Shown: piece by piece, positions 13,220 to 27,984 of the stretch
Layout: the number at the start of each line of letters is the position of its first letter
How positions within the stretch are numbered: position 1 is the first letter of the stretch
DNA from: the human T2T-CHM13v2.0 reference genome, Homo sapiens
Strand: one strand, 5' to 3'
Length of the DNA: 64,000 nt
NCBI RefSeq assembly: GCF_009914755.1
Contig: NC_060937.1
Notes under the pieces: model-generated
What the model saw: the letters and a program-made list of their open reading frames with translations, nothing else
Told to the model about the DNA's origin: nothing
Databases searched by the model: none
Translations under genes and position numbers: made by a program

Positions 13220-13964
13220 TGTCAATGAAAAGAGTCAAACTATATAAAATATTTTAAGAGATTTATTCTGAGCCAAATATGAGTGATCATGGTCCGTGGA
13301 GGTCCTGAGAACATGTGCCCAAGGTGGTAGAGGTACAGCTTCGTTTTATATATTTTAAGGAGGCATGAGACATCAATCAAACACATTTAAGAAATACATT
13401 GGTTTGGTTCAGAAAGGCGGGACAACTCAAAGTGGGGGCTTCCAGCGCTATAGGTAAATTTAAACATTTTCTGGTTGACAGTTGAGTTTATCTGAAGACC
13501 TGGGATCAATAGAAAGGAGATGTTCAGGTTAAGATAAAGGTTATGGGACATGAAGTTTTATTGTGCAGAGGAATATCTCACATAGCAGACTTCAGAGAGA
13601 GAGCAGGTGACAAAATGTTTCTTATTGGACCTAAAAGGGTGCCTGGTTCTTAGTTGGTTATCTCATGGATCTGGAAAGGAAGGAAGGAAAACAACGGGGA
13701 GAGGGGATTCTCTATAGAAGTGAATTTTTCCCACAAGAGACTTTACTGGGCAATTTCAAGATATGGCAGAGAAACATGTTTTGGAGAAAAATATTTTGAT
13801 TTTCCTCCTTGTGTTGCCAGAGTCAGATTGGAAAGTAAGTCATGATATACAGAGTTAAATAAAACCCATCTGATGAGAATTTATGGTTTGTAGGGCTTAA
13901 CTCCCCAGACCCATTAGATGGGAATTTGGGCAAGATTAAAAAAAAAATCAGAACTTGGTCCTCA
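13220..13964 (-). mobile_element. MER4E-type ERV1 solo LTR
   Basis: tgtcaatgaaaagagtcaaact...gatttattctgagccaaatatgagtga...gagaacatgtgcccaaggtggt...ggtcctca; exact 4-bp TSD ctac at 13216-13219 and 13965-13968. Confidence 0.92.
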
Positions 13965-13999
13965 CTACTGTGAAAGTTAGGCCACATTAGGGTCAATTT

Positions 14000-14730
14000 C
14001 ACTCATAATAGGAGAAATGCAAATTAATACTACTCAGAGATGTCATTTACACCTGCAGATGGGCCCCATCACAAAAGCATGACAATACATTACTTTTGGG
14101 GAGATCTATCTTACATTGACATTGGGAATAAATAATGGTTCAACCCCAGTAGAGATAAATTTAACAATATCTATAAAACGTATATGTTCATTTAGCTCTT
14201 GACCCAGCAAGACCACTTCTATGAAACATTGTCAAAAATGTAAGAAGGCTTGGGTCTAAGGTTATTTACTGTGGTATAATTTGTAATTACAAAAGTTTGG
14301 AAATAATTCAGGTGTCTGTGAGTGCAGGACTAGTTGAATAATTTATAGTTCATCCACATACTGAAACATTCCGTAGCTTTAAAAATGAAGAAAGAACATC
14401 TCTGCACTGACTGGAAATAATCTGCAGAATGGAATATAAAATGAAAAAGGCAAAGTGCAGAACAATAAGTACTGCATGCCACTTTTTCTATAAGAAAGAG
14501 GAAGAGAAATGTGTATATGTATTAACGTGTTCACTCATATACATATATATTTGCTAAAATAAGTTTTAGAAAAGTAAATAAAAATTAATACAAATGCTTT
14601 CTATAATGGTAGGGAAAGACAAGGATGGAAGGCAGAGATATAATTAGAACCCTCATAATAATTCTTTTTATGTAGCATTGAATTTGATAATTTATGCATA
14701 TTTTATATATTCAAAAAATAAAATTTTTAT
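14000..14730 (+). mobile_element. L1ME-type 3' end
   Basis: gagaaatgcaaattaatact, cttgacccagcaa, aaaaaggcaaagtgcagaac. Confidence 0.7.
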
Positions 14731-14789
14731 CAAAGGGAATAAAGGCAGACAGTAAAAGAAAAAGGGAATTAAAAGAGTATGCTGCTAAA

Positions 14790-15200
14790 GTTTGAAATTT
14801 TTTAAAAAAATTCTGCTAAGTAGGTAAAAATATTTTAATGAAGTTTTAATTTGCATTTCTGCTATTTTGGCAAAATTGAGCATCTTCTTGTGGGCATAAG
14901 ACTCTTTTTAACTTTTTTTAAAAATGTGATGTGATTATTTATTCCTTTTTGCCCATGTTCTGTTATGTGTTGTTCTTGATTTTTAGGAATTCTTTTTATA
15001 TCAGGGATGTTAACCTTTTCTCTGTGCTATAAAGTATGAGAATTTTTTTTCATCAGTTCATTTGATTTATAACTTTGATCATTTTTTGTTATGCAAAATA
15101 ATTATATAGTGTTAAAGTGTATCAAAATTTATTTTATTGTTTTAGAATTTTGAGTGTTAGGAAGTTTTTCCTAACTTCCTATAAATATTATAAGAATAAA
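14790..15200 (-). mobile_element. Old L1M fragment
   Basis: ttttaatttgcatttct, ttgagcatctt, tcctttttgcccat antisense motifs. Confidence 0.65.
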
Positions 15201-15283
15201 TAACATAATTATTCCTATAAACAATTATGTTATCTTCTAGTCTCTCTACGGTTTCTCTCTCTCTCCTACCTTTCTTCAAACAT

Positions 15284-15865
15284 TGTGCCACAGCAAAAAT
15301 TGTACTGTCTGAAATTACACAGACAAGGAAGACTTATTCCAGGCTATTGCAACAGGGCAATTCAACTTTACTAAAACAAATGGATGAAGAGTTTCTAAGA
15401 ATTGAGGTAGAGATGGCATAGGGCAAGAGGATCACAGGCTGTTTGTATTTGCTAATTGGTCTTACCCTCCGCCCCTGCACGGCCCCACCCTGCCCGCCGA
15501 CACCCATAAAAAGTAAACTGTCTTGTATGTTCATGACAGGAGGTAGTTTTGCAATTTAGTGCAAGGGGATCACAGAGGTCAAGCTCCTACTCTCCCAAGA
15601 CATTGGGAGGTAGAGATTCCATCTTTCTTGATGATTACATTTCAAAGAAATGGCTGCCAGGTATTTGAGGAAAAAAAAGTCCTGATTACTAAAGCTAGGT
15701 AAAGGCTTTCTAAAAGATTTTCACATCAAATGGGCCCAGAAAAAGATTATAATTACAAGTTTTCTAAAGTAAATGTTCTAAGAACTTGGTGGGCAGGGGC
15801 CTAGAGCCAGGAAGTCTGGCTGAAGTTTATTCTTGCTTAGGGAAACATTAGGGGCCTCTAAGTCA
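15284..15865 (-). mobile_element. MER67/MER31-group ERV1 solo LTR
   Basis: gacaaggaagactt, catgacaggaggtagttttgcaa, gatgattacatttcaaag, caagttttctaaagtaaatg; TG...CA termini. Confidence 0.8.
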
Positions 15866-17206
15866 CTTCCTTTCTTCCAGGCTACTTACCTTTCTTCTCT
15901 TTGTCATTTAGACAGTTGGTATATAATCCTTTCATAATTTATCTTGATATACAGATAGATGACGTTTGACTGCTGCAACTGGTGCTCATCTGGGATCTAG
16001 AGGCAGATATCTGAGGATCTGTATTAACGGAAACTTTTTCACAATCTCCATGAAATAAACAGCTGCTTGCACACATGACTTCATTCCTACTACAGTACTG
16101 ATTTTTCACAAATAAAAAGAAATAATACTTTATAAGAACAACAGCAATAAAAAAGAAACAATCTCCCTTATTTTTATTTAAATGAATATGTTTTGTGAAA
16201 AGCTGTTTTGTATTCAGGTGGCTATGTAATCCTGTAATTTCTCTAGAAGCTTTCAGAATAATTTCATACCTTTTTTCATTATAGGTTTCCAAATGCGTAA
16301 CAGGGATGAGTGAGCTTGTGAGTTTCTTTAATATTTATTTGAAAATTTAGTGATATAGAGTTATAATTGATCAATATTACCTTCTTTGAGGAGTAATTTA
16401 GAGACTAAATGCTATACATTAATTGTGGATTTGTTAGAATAAAATCCTCTGGATAACACAGAGAAGCAACAGATGTATTATATAAGGCTATCCCAAAAGT
16501 AAAAACTTTTAAAGAATACAACAGTTGAATGAACATAGTTTTCAAGCTTTTAATTTGCTTTTCTCTCCTTGAAAGCATTCCTGGCCTTGCTATATCAGAA
16601 CATCATCACCCCATCTACCACTGTATGTTTTATCAAAAGGTCAGCACAAAATGCATAAATAATTTAAATGCAGAATTTATTTTTAAATTGCTTAGAAATA
16701 CAATTGCTGAGAAGTTATGATATAATGCTTTATAGCTACCCAACTATTTTTTAATGCTTTAAGCATCACTCAAAAAATGAGAAATACAATAATTTTTATG
16801 TTTCATATTGAGTTGACTTTACCTGAATAAAAGGGGCAAGCCCTTATCCTTCAGCAAGCTGATTTGAAGAGAGGACTCAGAAAACAATACTCAGAGATAG
16901 AATGATGTGGCTCCCTGAATGTTTGCTGCCTTTAAACTCTAATCAATTTATAGAAATTAAATCACTGCCATGCCTTTCTCTAGACTAATATTAATAGTCA
17001 GACAAAATGGAAATAACAAGAGGCATTATACAAAATTATATAACTATTGTATTTGTTTGCTTTATTTTATCTACAAATAAAAACAAGCTAGTATTCATAT
17101 AATGTGAAAAGCTGTTGTTTTTATGTGTGTTTTAATGCTTTATAAGAGCAACAAAGAAAAACATTTCAGGGCTGTAAAAAACACCTTTTTTAGTGTTTAG
17201 AAATTA

Positions 17207-18270
<1,064 letters not shown>

Positions 18271-18289
18271 GCTATTTCTTCTAAGATAC

Positions 18290-21200
18290 CATTTCCAATG
18301 TGGGTACCCGTGACCAGAGGCTCTGTTTCAGACCTTATTCCCAAAGAATTGTGTTTGTCTGTTTCAACCTGTTTAGAAGCTACCTGAAGGACTGACACAA
18401 GTCATTTGTCTTTGGTTTTTCTAACTTGAAACTCACACTGGACCACAAAGCAGGGGACATTTCCCAAAAACATTGTAAGGCCAATGAACAAACTGCAGCC
18501 ACCTGGGGCGACATTACAGTTGAAGCATACAATAGAACATCAAAAGCCTTGGAGGAAAAATTTGGGGGGAGGATTTCTTTGCAAAATTAGGCCATTCAAA
18601 AATGCCTATTTATATGGGGTGTAGAGAAAGCCACGTGCACACCCAGAGCATAATGTATGCACACAAAAATCCTGAGAAGACTCTAAGCTTTCAACTTTAG
18701 ATAATCTCTAGTCTCAGTGACAGCAGAGTTATAAACTGCCTTACTAAGTGTTGAAGGCCCCAGCATATACTATAAGCAAAGACTGAGATTATATTTGTTG
18801 TTTTGTTTTTGCTTTCTTTTCCTCTCCTCTGTCTCTCTCTGTCTCTTTCTCTCTCTCTCTTATTTTAATTTTTCCTCTTGTGTTGCTCAGAGAGAAATCT
18901 GTTAAAAACACTAGTTGAACACACACTAAAGAAACAGAGACATCAGAGACCACACGTGACAGAAAATACAGACTATATGACAAAAAAGACTTTATAAAAG
19001 TTACTAAACAAGTAACCATCTATACCTTATGAAAATAAACAACAACAAACCCTAAAGAAGGGAAAGAATCTGACTTCTGAAGCTACCACATTATAGTATT
19101 CAAAATGCCCAACAAAAACAAACAACAAAATCAAAGGCATACAAAGAAAGAAGAAAGTGTTGCCACTTTGCAAAAGAAATGAACAGAAACTATCGCTGAG
19201 AAAGTATAGACATTGGACTTACTAGACTAACACTTTAAATCACCTGCCTTAAATATTCTCAAAGAGCTAAAAGAAGCCATAGATAAAGAGCTAAAGAAAA
19301 CGCAGAGAACAATGTATTAACAAATAGAGAATATTAATAAAGAGACCAAACTTTAATAGAAATCGAACAGAAATTCTACAGATAAATATTTTAAGAACTA
19401 AAATGTATAAACATGCTACAGGGTTTCGGTAGTAGAATTGAGTAGTCAGAAAGAAGTATCAGAGAAGTTGAAGACAGGAAAAATTTAAATTAATGAGTCT
19501 GAGCAGAAGAAAGAAAAAGGAATGAACAAAGTAAACAGACTAGGTGACCTGTGGGGCACTATCAAGCATGCCAATATACGCATAATGAGAATCTCAGAGG
19601 AAAAAATGGAGAGAAGTGGGAAGAAATAATATTTGAAGAAGTAATGACTGAAAATGTCTCAGATATTTAAAAAGACATGAATTTACACATCAAGAAGCTC
19701 AGTGAGGTACATGAAGAATAAACATAAAGATATTAACATGGAGACACATTATAAACAGATTGTGAAAAGCCAAGGACAAAGATGGAACCTTGAAGGAACC
19801 AAGAGAGAAGAAACTCACCATGTGAAAGTCATCATCAATAAGATTAAGGCCGATTTCTCAACAGAAGTTATGGAGGCTGGAAAAGAGTGAGAAGACATTT
19901 TTAGAGTGCCAAAAGAATGAAAAAAACTCACCCCAAAATTCTATATTCACCAAAAGTATTCTATATCTGGCAAAATAATCCTCCAACATAAAGGAAAAAG
20001 GCCTTTCTAAATAAACGAAAGCTAATAAACTTCATTTGCTAACAGAATTGCCCTGTAAGAAATACTAAAAGGTGTCCTTCAGCTAAATATAAATGTCTAT
20101 TATTACACTTCTAGTTTGCAACTCATCTTTCTATTTCCTACATATTTTGAAAGACAAATATATAAAACAGTATTTATAAATTTATATTAATGGGTACAAA
20201 TTATATAAAGATACTATTTGTGACAAAAAAATTGTGGGATAGATTTGTATAAGAGCACAGTTTTTGAATGCTATTGAAGCTAAGTTGGTATCTATTTAAA
20301 GTAGATTGTTATGAATTTAGAATTTTAATAGTAATCCCTAAGAAAATATCTAAAAATTGTTTGCAAAAGGAAATAAGAAGAAAATCAAAATGGTATGGTA
20401 AAATCTATTAAACATAAAAGAAGGCAGTGATGTAGGAAATGACAAAGAAGGGATGACAGAAAAAAACAAATAACAAAATGGCAGAAGCCCCTTGTTATCA
20501 GTAATTACTTTAAATATAAGTGGATTAAACTCTCCAATCATAATACAGAGAGAGGCAGAGTTGATATAAATAACAGTCTTTTAAATTTAGATCCAAAATC
20601 ACAAATAATTTGAAAGTGAAAAATGGAAGAAAAAAAGATACTCCTTGCAAATAGTAATCAAAGGCAAACCGAGTTGGTTATATTAATACGATACAAAATA
20701 GACTTTAAGTCAAAAGATATTTCAAGAAATAAGAAGAGTATATATTGACAAAAAATGAATCCATCAAGAAGATGTGACAATTATAAAAGTATATGCACCA
20801 AACAACAGAACTCCCGAAGCATATGGGGCAAACATTGACAGAATTGGAGGGAAAAATAAGCATTTCTACTAAGAAAATGGGGAATTTAATACACTGCTTT
20901 TAATAATGGGTAGATAGAAGATGAATAATAGAGAATGTGAGAAATTCTGTAAACTAGTGAGACCCAAAAGCCATATACAGAACACTCTCCCAGTACAGCA
21001 GAGAGTACATTCTTCTATAGTGCACATTATACAGTCTCCAGAATATTTCAGGCCATAAAATAAATTTCAAGGAATTTGAAAATATTTAAATCATGTAAAG
21101 CATAAAAACAAAAACACAACATATAGAAACATGGAATGCAGTGAAAGCAGTTCTGAAGGGAAATTTAAAGCACTAAATATTAAACTTAAAACTACGAAGA

Positions 21201-22254
21201 TATATCTCAAATCAATAACTCAACTTTACACCATGGTTACTAGAAAAATAAGAGAAAACTAAACCCAAAACTAGCAGAATGATGGAATATTAATAATTAG
21301 AGCTGAAACAAATAAAATAGGGAATAGAAAGAGAATGAAACACAAAATTGGCTCTTGGAAAAGGTCAAAAAACTGGCAAAACTTTAGCTTTAAATACAAA
21401 GTAAAAAGAGAGAATACACAAATAACCAAAACCAGAAATGAAAGTGAGGCCATCCCTATTTATCCTTATAGAAATATAAAGGATTATAAAAACAATTATG
21501 AACAAATGTACACCAAACTTGGTGACCAAAGAGCAATAGACAAATATTTAGAAACACACAATCTACAAAAACTGGATTATGAAAAAACAAAATCTGAAAA
21601 CCTGTGAGAAGAAATTAGATTTAACCAGCAATAGTAATAGTAATAATAACTTTCAGCAATGAAAAGTCCAAGATCAAATGGTTTCACTCATGATTTCTAC
21701 AAAATATCTAAAGATGTAACAACAATCTTCTTCAATCTCTATTTAAAAATTAAAGAGGAATCACATGTACTAGCATATTCTATGATGCCAGTATGACCTA
21801 TACCAAACGCAGACAAAGATATGTCAAGAAAAAAAGACAACCAACCAATAGCTCTTGTGAATTTCATGCCAACATCCTTAACAGAATACAGGCAAATGGA
21901 ATTTAATAGCATATTTTAAGTATTATACACCATGAAACAAGTGGGACTTATCCCAGTAATACAAGGGTTGTTCAAATAGAGAAAATCAATCTAAGTAATA
22001 CACACATTAATAGAACTAAGGAACATTTTTAAAAGAAAAAAAATTTGATAGATTCCAACACTTTTTATGGTAGAAAAAAAAACAATAATCTAGCAATAGG
22101 AAGGAATTTTCTTAACAAGATACAGGACATTTATTAAAAACTCACAGCTTACATTATGCACAAAGGTGAAATGTGGAAAGCTTTGCCCCTAAGATCAGGA
22201 ATAAGATAAGAATAACCTTTTTCACCATCAATATTCAACATTGTATTAGAAGTT

Positions 22255-22301
<47 letters not shown>

Positions 22302-23820
22302 AAAGTAGGCAAGAAAAAGAAAAAAAATGGCATCCCAGTTAGAAACAATTTAAGCTGTTTCTACTAGAGATGACATAATTTTATACACAGAAAATCCCAA
22401 GAAAAAAACAAAATACTACTAGAGCTAATAAATGAGGTCAGTTACAGAATAGTTTCAATACGCAAAATTGTGTTTTGCCACCAGTCAATCAGCAATCTGA
22501 AAATAAAATTAAGAAAACAATTTCATTTATAATAGCTTGCAAAAGAATAAAATACCTAGGAATAAATTTAACCAAAGAGATGAAAGACGTGTATACTGAA
22601 AACTCTGCTGAAAGAAATTAAAGACAAAAATAAGCAGAAATGTTCATAGATTAGAAGACTTTATAAAGTGAGAATACTGCTAACATTGAGCTACAGATTC
22701 AATGTAATCCCTATTACAAATCAAACAGCGTTTTTTACAGAAATAGAAAATCTGTGCCTCAAAGTCACGGAATACCAAGGGACCCTGAATAACAAAAGCA
22801 TTAAAAAAGAAAAGAAAGAGCATTCATATTTCCTTGATTTCAAAACTTCAATAAAACTACAGTAATCAAAACAGTGTGGTACTAGTATAAAAACAGACAT
22901 ATAGATTAAGGGAATAAAATTGAGAGTCAAGAAATAAGCTCATGTATCTTTAGCCAATTTATTTTTGACAAGCATGACAAGACTGTTCAATGAAGAGAAA
23001 TAGTCTCATCAAAAAGTAGTGCTGGGGCAAGTTGGTATCCACATCCAAAAAAGAAAAAGAAGGTTGGACCTCTACATCACATTATGTGTTAAAATAAGTT
23101 AAAAGGGATCAATTACTTAAATATAAGAGCTACAACCTTTAAAAAATTAGAAGACAGAAGACGTTGTGGAGGCAATAAATCTTCATGACCTCGTGTTTGG
23201 CAATGACTTCTTAGATATAACACCAAAGCACAAGCCACAACTAAAAAGAAGATAAGTAAGACTTTATCAAAATTAAAAATGTTTGACTATCACAGGGCAT
23301 TTTGAAAAAGTTGAAACTGCAACCTACAGAATAGGAGAAAATACTTGCAAATCATGTACCTAATAAAGGTTTAATATTAAGAGTATATAAATAACTCTTA
23401 CAACTCAATGATTTGAAGACAATTTTAAAATGAGCAAAACTTACATAAATATTTATTCAAAGAAGATACACAAACAACCAACAATCACATGAAAAGATGG
23501 TCAACACTCAGGCTACATATAGATGATCCTCTAAAATAGTGTGCTGAGGCAGAAGGTAGACACAAAAATCATACATTGTATGATTTCATTTGTATGAGAT
23601 AAATAGAATAGGTAAATCCATAGAGACAACATATTGGTTAACAGAAGGGGCAATGGGGAGCAACTGTTTAATGGATATAAGATTTCCCTTTGAGGTGATG
23701 AAAATATTTTGGAACTGGACAGAGGTGAAGACTGTACAACAGTTTGAATGTACTGCATGCCACTGGATGGTTCAATTCAAAATGGCTAATTTCATGTTCA
23801 TGAATACCAGCTCAAAAAAT
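18290..23820 (+). mobile_element. Old near-full-length L1M (L1MB-type 3' end), ORF1 and ORF2 decayed, with internal deletions
   Basis: ORF1 remnant (gacctgtggggcactatcaagc; IKADFSTEVMEA), ORF2 remnants (YRFNVIPI, DFKT), 3' end aataggtaaatccatagagaca...ggtgatgaaaatattttggaact. Confidence 0.88.
22259..22296. repeat. (TA)n microsatellite inside L1
   Basis: About 18 perfect AT units. Confidence 0.95.
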
Positions 23821-24342
23821 GGTGTCATTATTTGGAGTGACAGAGTGATTGGGCCACTAGGCCTATTTTACACTACTGGATTTTTATAAAACTGAATGTA
23901 TATAGCTGCACACTCCAGAATGGCATAATATTTAACAGTATGCTAATTCTCTGTATCCCTACATAGCCATTCTCTCTTGACAAAAGAAATCAGGGAGTTG
24001 AACAACAAGGCTAAGAAACAAACAAAATCCAAGACGTTGTTCAGATATAAGGTTAGTTTTCTCACAATTTATTATATATTTCATTTTTATAGAAATACTG
24101 ATGCAAGGAAAGAAAAAACATATTAAGCCAAAGTAGTTTTAGAGGTGTATGTGTGTAAACTTCGTGTAGTGTCCATTTGATAGTGACTAACATGATATTA
24201 CATAGTTTTTTGCCTCTTCACCCATCATTTTATCTGAAATTTCCATTTTAGTCATTACATTGTGTTAATGTTTTAGTTGGCCAATATATACCCCCTCTTT
24301 ATCATCCAAGGTTGGAATCAGCTGAGCAATACATACTAAGGT

Positions 24343-24846
24343 TGATTGGAGGAGGAGGAGTACGGCCTACCCCACTAAACATCCACAGCCTGATCTCTAA
24401 TAACCTGTAAATAAATTATTTTATATAGTAACAGGACGTTACAGATATGCTTAAGTTAATGATCTTGAAACAGGGAGGCTACATGTGGATTATCCACATA
24501 GAACCAATGTAATCACATGGGTCTTTGAAAGTGGAAAATATTTCTAGACTGTAGGCAGAGAAAAAAAGTGTGACAATAGAAGCAGGATAAGAGAGATAGC
24601 CATGCAACCCACTGTTGCTGGCTTTGAAAATAGAGGAAAGTAGCCACCAGACAAGGGACGTAGACAGCCCCCAGAAGCTGGAAAATACAAAGAAACAGAT
24701 TCTCCCTTAGAGCCTTCAGAAGGAATGCAACACTTGCAACACATTTTAGAATTCTGATTTCCGGAACTAGAAAATTACAAATGTTTGTTATTTTAAGGCA
24801 CTAACTCTGTGGTATATTATTATAGCAGCAATAAGCAACTTGTACA
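24343..24846 (+). mobile_element. MLT1D MaLR solo LTR
   Basis: aatgtaatcacatgggtc, tgttgctggctttgaa, gaaacagattctcccttagagccttcagaaggaatgc, atagcagcaata...taca. Confidence 0.85.
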
Positions 24847-25149
24847 GTGGGTACATAATCATGAGAAATATGGCAAAGATCTTCTGGATACTTTATCCCT
24901 GAACTAGTATATTCAATAAGGTCCCTTTTACTACCTGGCAGAGAATAGATTGAGATACTCTTGCAACACATACTGACAAGCAGACAGGTGTTTCAAGAAA
25001 AAGAAAATTTCAATACCAAAATTGTCCAGTTCATTTTTCTAAAGTTAATATGAGCAGGTAAAATTTAGAAGTATAACTAAAAATGATACTTCAGAATTAA
25101 CACTGTACACTTTATATTATGTCCTGTGTCCAGTAGTAGATAAAGTTAA

Positions 25150-26500
25150 ACTACTCTCCATTAGTATTCTACAAGATTAAAGTTCAGTAATGAATTCCAT
25201 GTTGCCAAGCATGATTTCATATTTCTGATTTCTCGGTTTCAAATACTGTTTGACTTCCTAGAAACATTAACACAGTTGATATTTCTTTTTTGAAACAAGC
25301 TCCTTGTTTTCCCTGAAGCACTCACTCTTCATTTTCATCTTACCTCTCCAGCAACAACTTCATTATCTCTGTAGGCTCATTCAACTCTCCAAACTCAGAG
25401 CCTACCTTTTTCTTCTTTCTTCTTGAAATCTTATCCATTTGCATGACTTTATACCTCCTCTGCATACAGATGACTCTAAAATAAAAGTAAAAAAAAACTA
25501 TAGGCCATATATTTGACATCTATATTTGTTTATTTACTTTTCAATAGACATTGTCCCTTGCATGTCCCACAGATAAAACGCACACACATGCACAAGCATG
25601 TGCACACACACACGTCAATCCATTCCTCTTGAGCATTTCCAAATGAACCAGAATTCAAAAACCATACTCGATTCTACTCTATCACCAACCTCCCCCTTCC
25701 CCAGTGGCTAATCTTTCAATGAATTCTTTTATGTCAAAATTTTCTATTTCCAAAATTTATCTTAGTTCCATGTACTTCTCTCTATTTCCATACCTTCTTA
25801 ACAGTCCCAGGCACTTCATCTTTTACTTAGACAACTGAGTGCTCCAAATTATCTCTATAATTTCTTACTTTTTATTAATAACATTCTTTGCATTTCAATA
25901 AAGACATCATTTAAAAGTATTTATGAGGAAAGTTTAATCCACATCCAGATTCTACTCCTCCTTTTCTCTTTAAAAAACATTTTAATAGCTTTCCTTTAAA
26001 TGTAAAATAGCATGTAAACCCCTTTATAAATTACAGCCTGCAAAGCTCTGTAGAAATCTGGACCCTGCTTACCTTCCCATCTCATTTCAACTCCTTCCTC
26101 CCTGTATTCCAGATAGACAAGCCACTTTTCAATTCCTGAAAGTGAACAAGGTTTTTCCATTATTAAACCTTAACAATGTTCAAATCCTTTGCTCAGAAGG
26201 CTCTTTTTTGATTTTATTTTTATTTTTCAAGTATGAGCCTAAATATTACCTTCTTACTGGTGTATTTCTTAATATTCTTCATAATAAAACACTGAATTAT
26301 CTCTATAATGAATATGCTTTATAATTTTTCAAATATTTAACATTTTTGTTTACTTATTTATCGCAAGGCTCCTCTTCCCCACGTCACCCCATCCCCCATG
26401 CTATGAACAGACTGACCCTTTGTCCTTCATTTATCATTTTATGAAACACAAGACATTCTTAAGTACACTTACAATAAATGTTTTTCAGCAAAGGAATGAG
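25150..26500 (+). mobile_element. L2 long fragment with 3' end
   Basis: Pyrimidine-rich L2 ORF2 remnants (acagatgactctaaa, ctggaccctgcttacc) and terminal caataaatgttt...gaatgagtga. Confidence 0.65.
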
Positions 26501-27020
26501 TGAGAGGATTATTTTATTGATTAGTTAGCAGGAGGAAGGATCCAGGAGAGAAACCTATATAGTTCTAATGGAGATAATGGCAAAAAAAAATATTTGAACT
26601 CCGGAAAAAGCTAGGATATGTGAGATACCATGCTAGAGATCATGGGTGGGGTAGAGAGGATTTTATGGGAACCCCAAAACAAGAGTTCAAAGTTAGTGAC
26701 TGACTTTGAAATCCTGAAAAATCCATGTAAAAACATTAACAAACTGCCTTAGATTGAATGATTGCATTTCTCATATAGAATAAATTCAATTTTTTTTCTC
26801 AAACTTCATACATCTAAGAAAAATGCTAATAGTAATCTATTCCAATCTAATGCTAACCTAAAACTAATACTATATTTTTCTATCAACTCATTCTTCCTTT
26901 CTTCATTTTTTCCCCTCTTCCAGTTGTTCAGAACAAAACATTTAGGGTCATCTCTTACTCTTCTCTTTTTCTGACCTATCAGAGAATCTTGTTTGCTCTG
27001 CAAAACACAGTTAATGACAA

Positions 27021-27462
27021 TGTAACAGTCACCACAAAACTTTATTAGGATATAGTAAGAGAGTAATGGACTCCTCTTTCTTATAGTGACTATTCTGAAA
27101 GAGGAGTCTGGCTGGACTGTTTTATTTTCTTTTGAGGACTATAAGAGCCTGAAACTGTGCAAGGACCTGACAGTCATCTTATAGGAGGGAAGATGAAGCA
27201 TCCCAGGTGTCCTCCTTTCCCCAGCTTCACATATACCATCAATCAAATTTGTTTCAACCAATTAGGAGATTCCTGGATTTGCTGCCAGTGTCCTGGAATT
27301 GCAGCCAACCAGACATAGGATAGTCTCATTAACATTTACTGGAGCAGGTAGTAACCTCCACTAGATTTGAACGTGTAAGGATTTGGATTCCATAGTTCAT
27401 CTCCCAGAACTTGCAGCAGGTTAGACCATCAGGCTCATCACAATAGTTTCATTCATCACACA
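27021..27462 (-). mobile_element. Putative solo LTR, family not recognised, inserted in L2
   Basis: TG...CA termini; minus-strand AATAAA about 20 nt from the end and TATAA motifs; flanks gacaa/cacaa; interrupts L2-like sequence. Confidence 0.5.
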
Positions 27463-27549
27463 CACAAAAAAAAGGTCCCAGTTTTTCAATGAATGCATTA
27501 ATCACTCTTAGATCTCATTCTTTGCTTTTTTTTTTTTTTTTTTTTTTTT

Positions 27550-27960
27550 TTTGCCACAATCCACCCTCCACTGTCACACTAACTATGCAATACTGGTTCT
27601 CGAATATCCTTGCTTCCCTCCTCGTCACACTCATATAATTTAAAATTAGGACCTAAAGTGGTATTGTTAAAACATAAGTTTGATCATGTGAATCCTTTTC
27701 TCTAAACCCTCTGTTATTCCCCTACCACACTCAGTGTCAAAGCAAAAGTACTTACAGTGGACTACAAGGTCCTGAAAAATATGGTCCTGTTATCTCTCTG
27801 AACTCATCTCTTTGTAATTTCTCCCCGGCTCACTGTTTCTAGCCGCGCTGCTGTGTTCTGCATTGGCATTTGCACTTTGTTTTCCCTCTGCAGGAAACGC
27901 TTTTCCCCAAATATACGTAGGGCTCACTTCCTTAGACCTTTAAGTCTTTGTCCTAATTTT
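27550..27960 (+). mobile_element. L2 fragment
   Basis: aaacataagtttgatcatgt, aaagcaaaagtacttacagtggactacaaggtcctg, ggcatttgcact. Confidence 0.75.
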
Positions 27961-27984
27961 CTTATAATTTCAATTGTCCAAACA

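Noticed and set aside
15891-16292. 117-aa minus ORF and a nearby AAG|gtaagt donor at 15890
   Set aside because: No homology recognised; the ORF stops before the donor; isolated GTAAGT hexamers are expected by chance in 64 kb
27526-27552. Poly-T run as a possible retrocopy tail
   Set aside because: Adjacent sequence is L2-like on the plus strand; no TSD or mRNA-like body found
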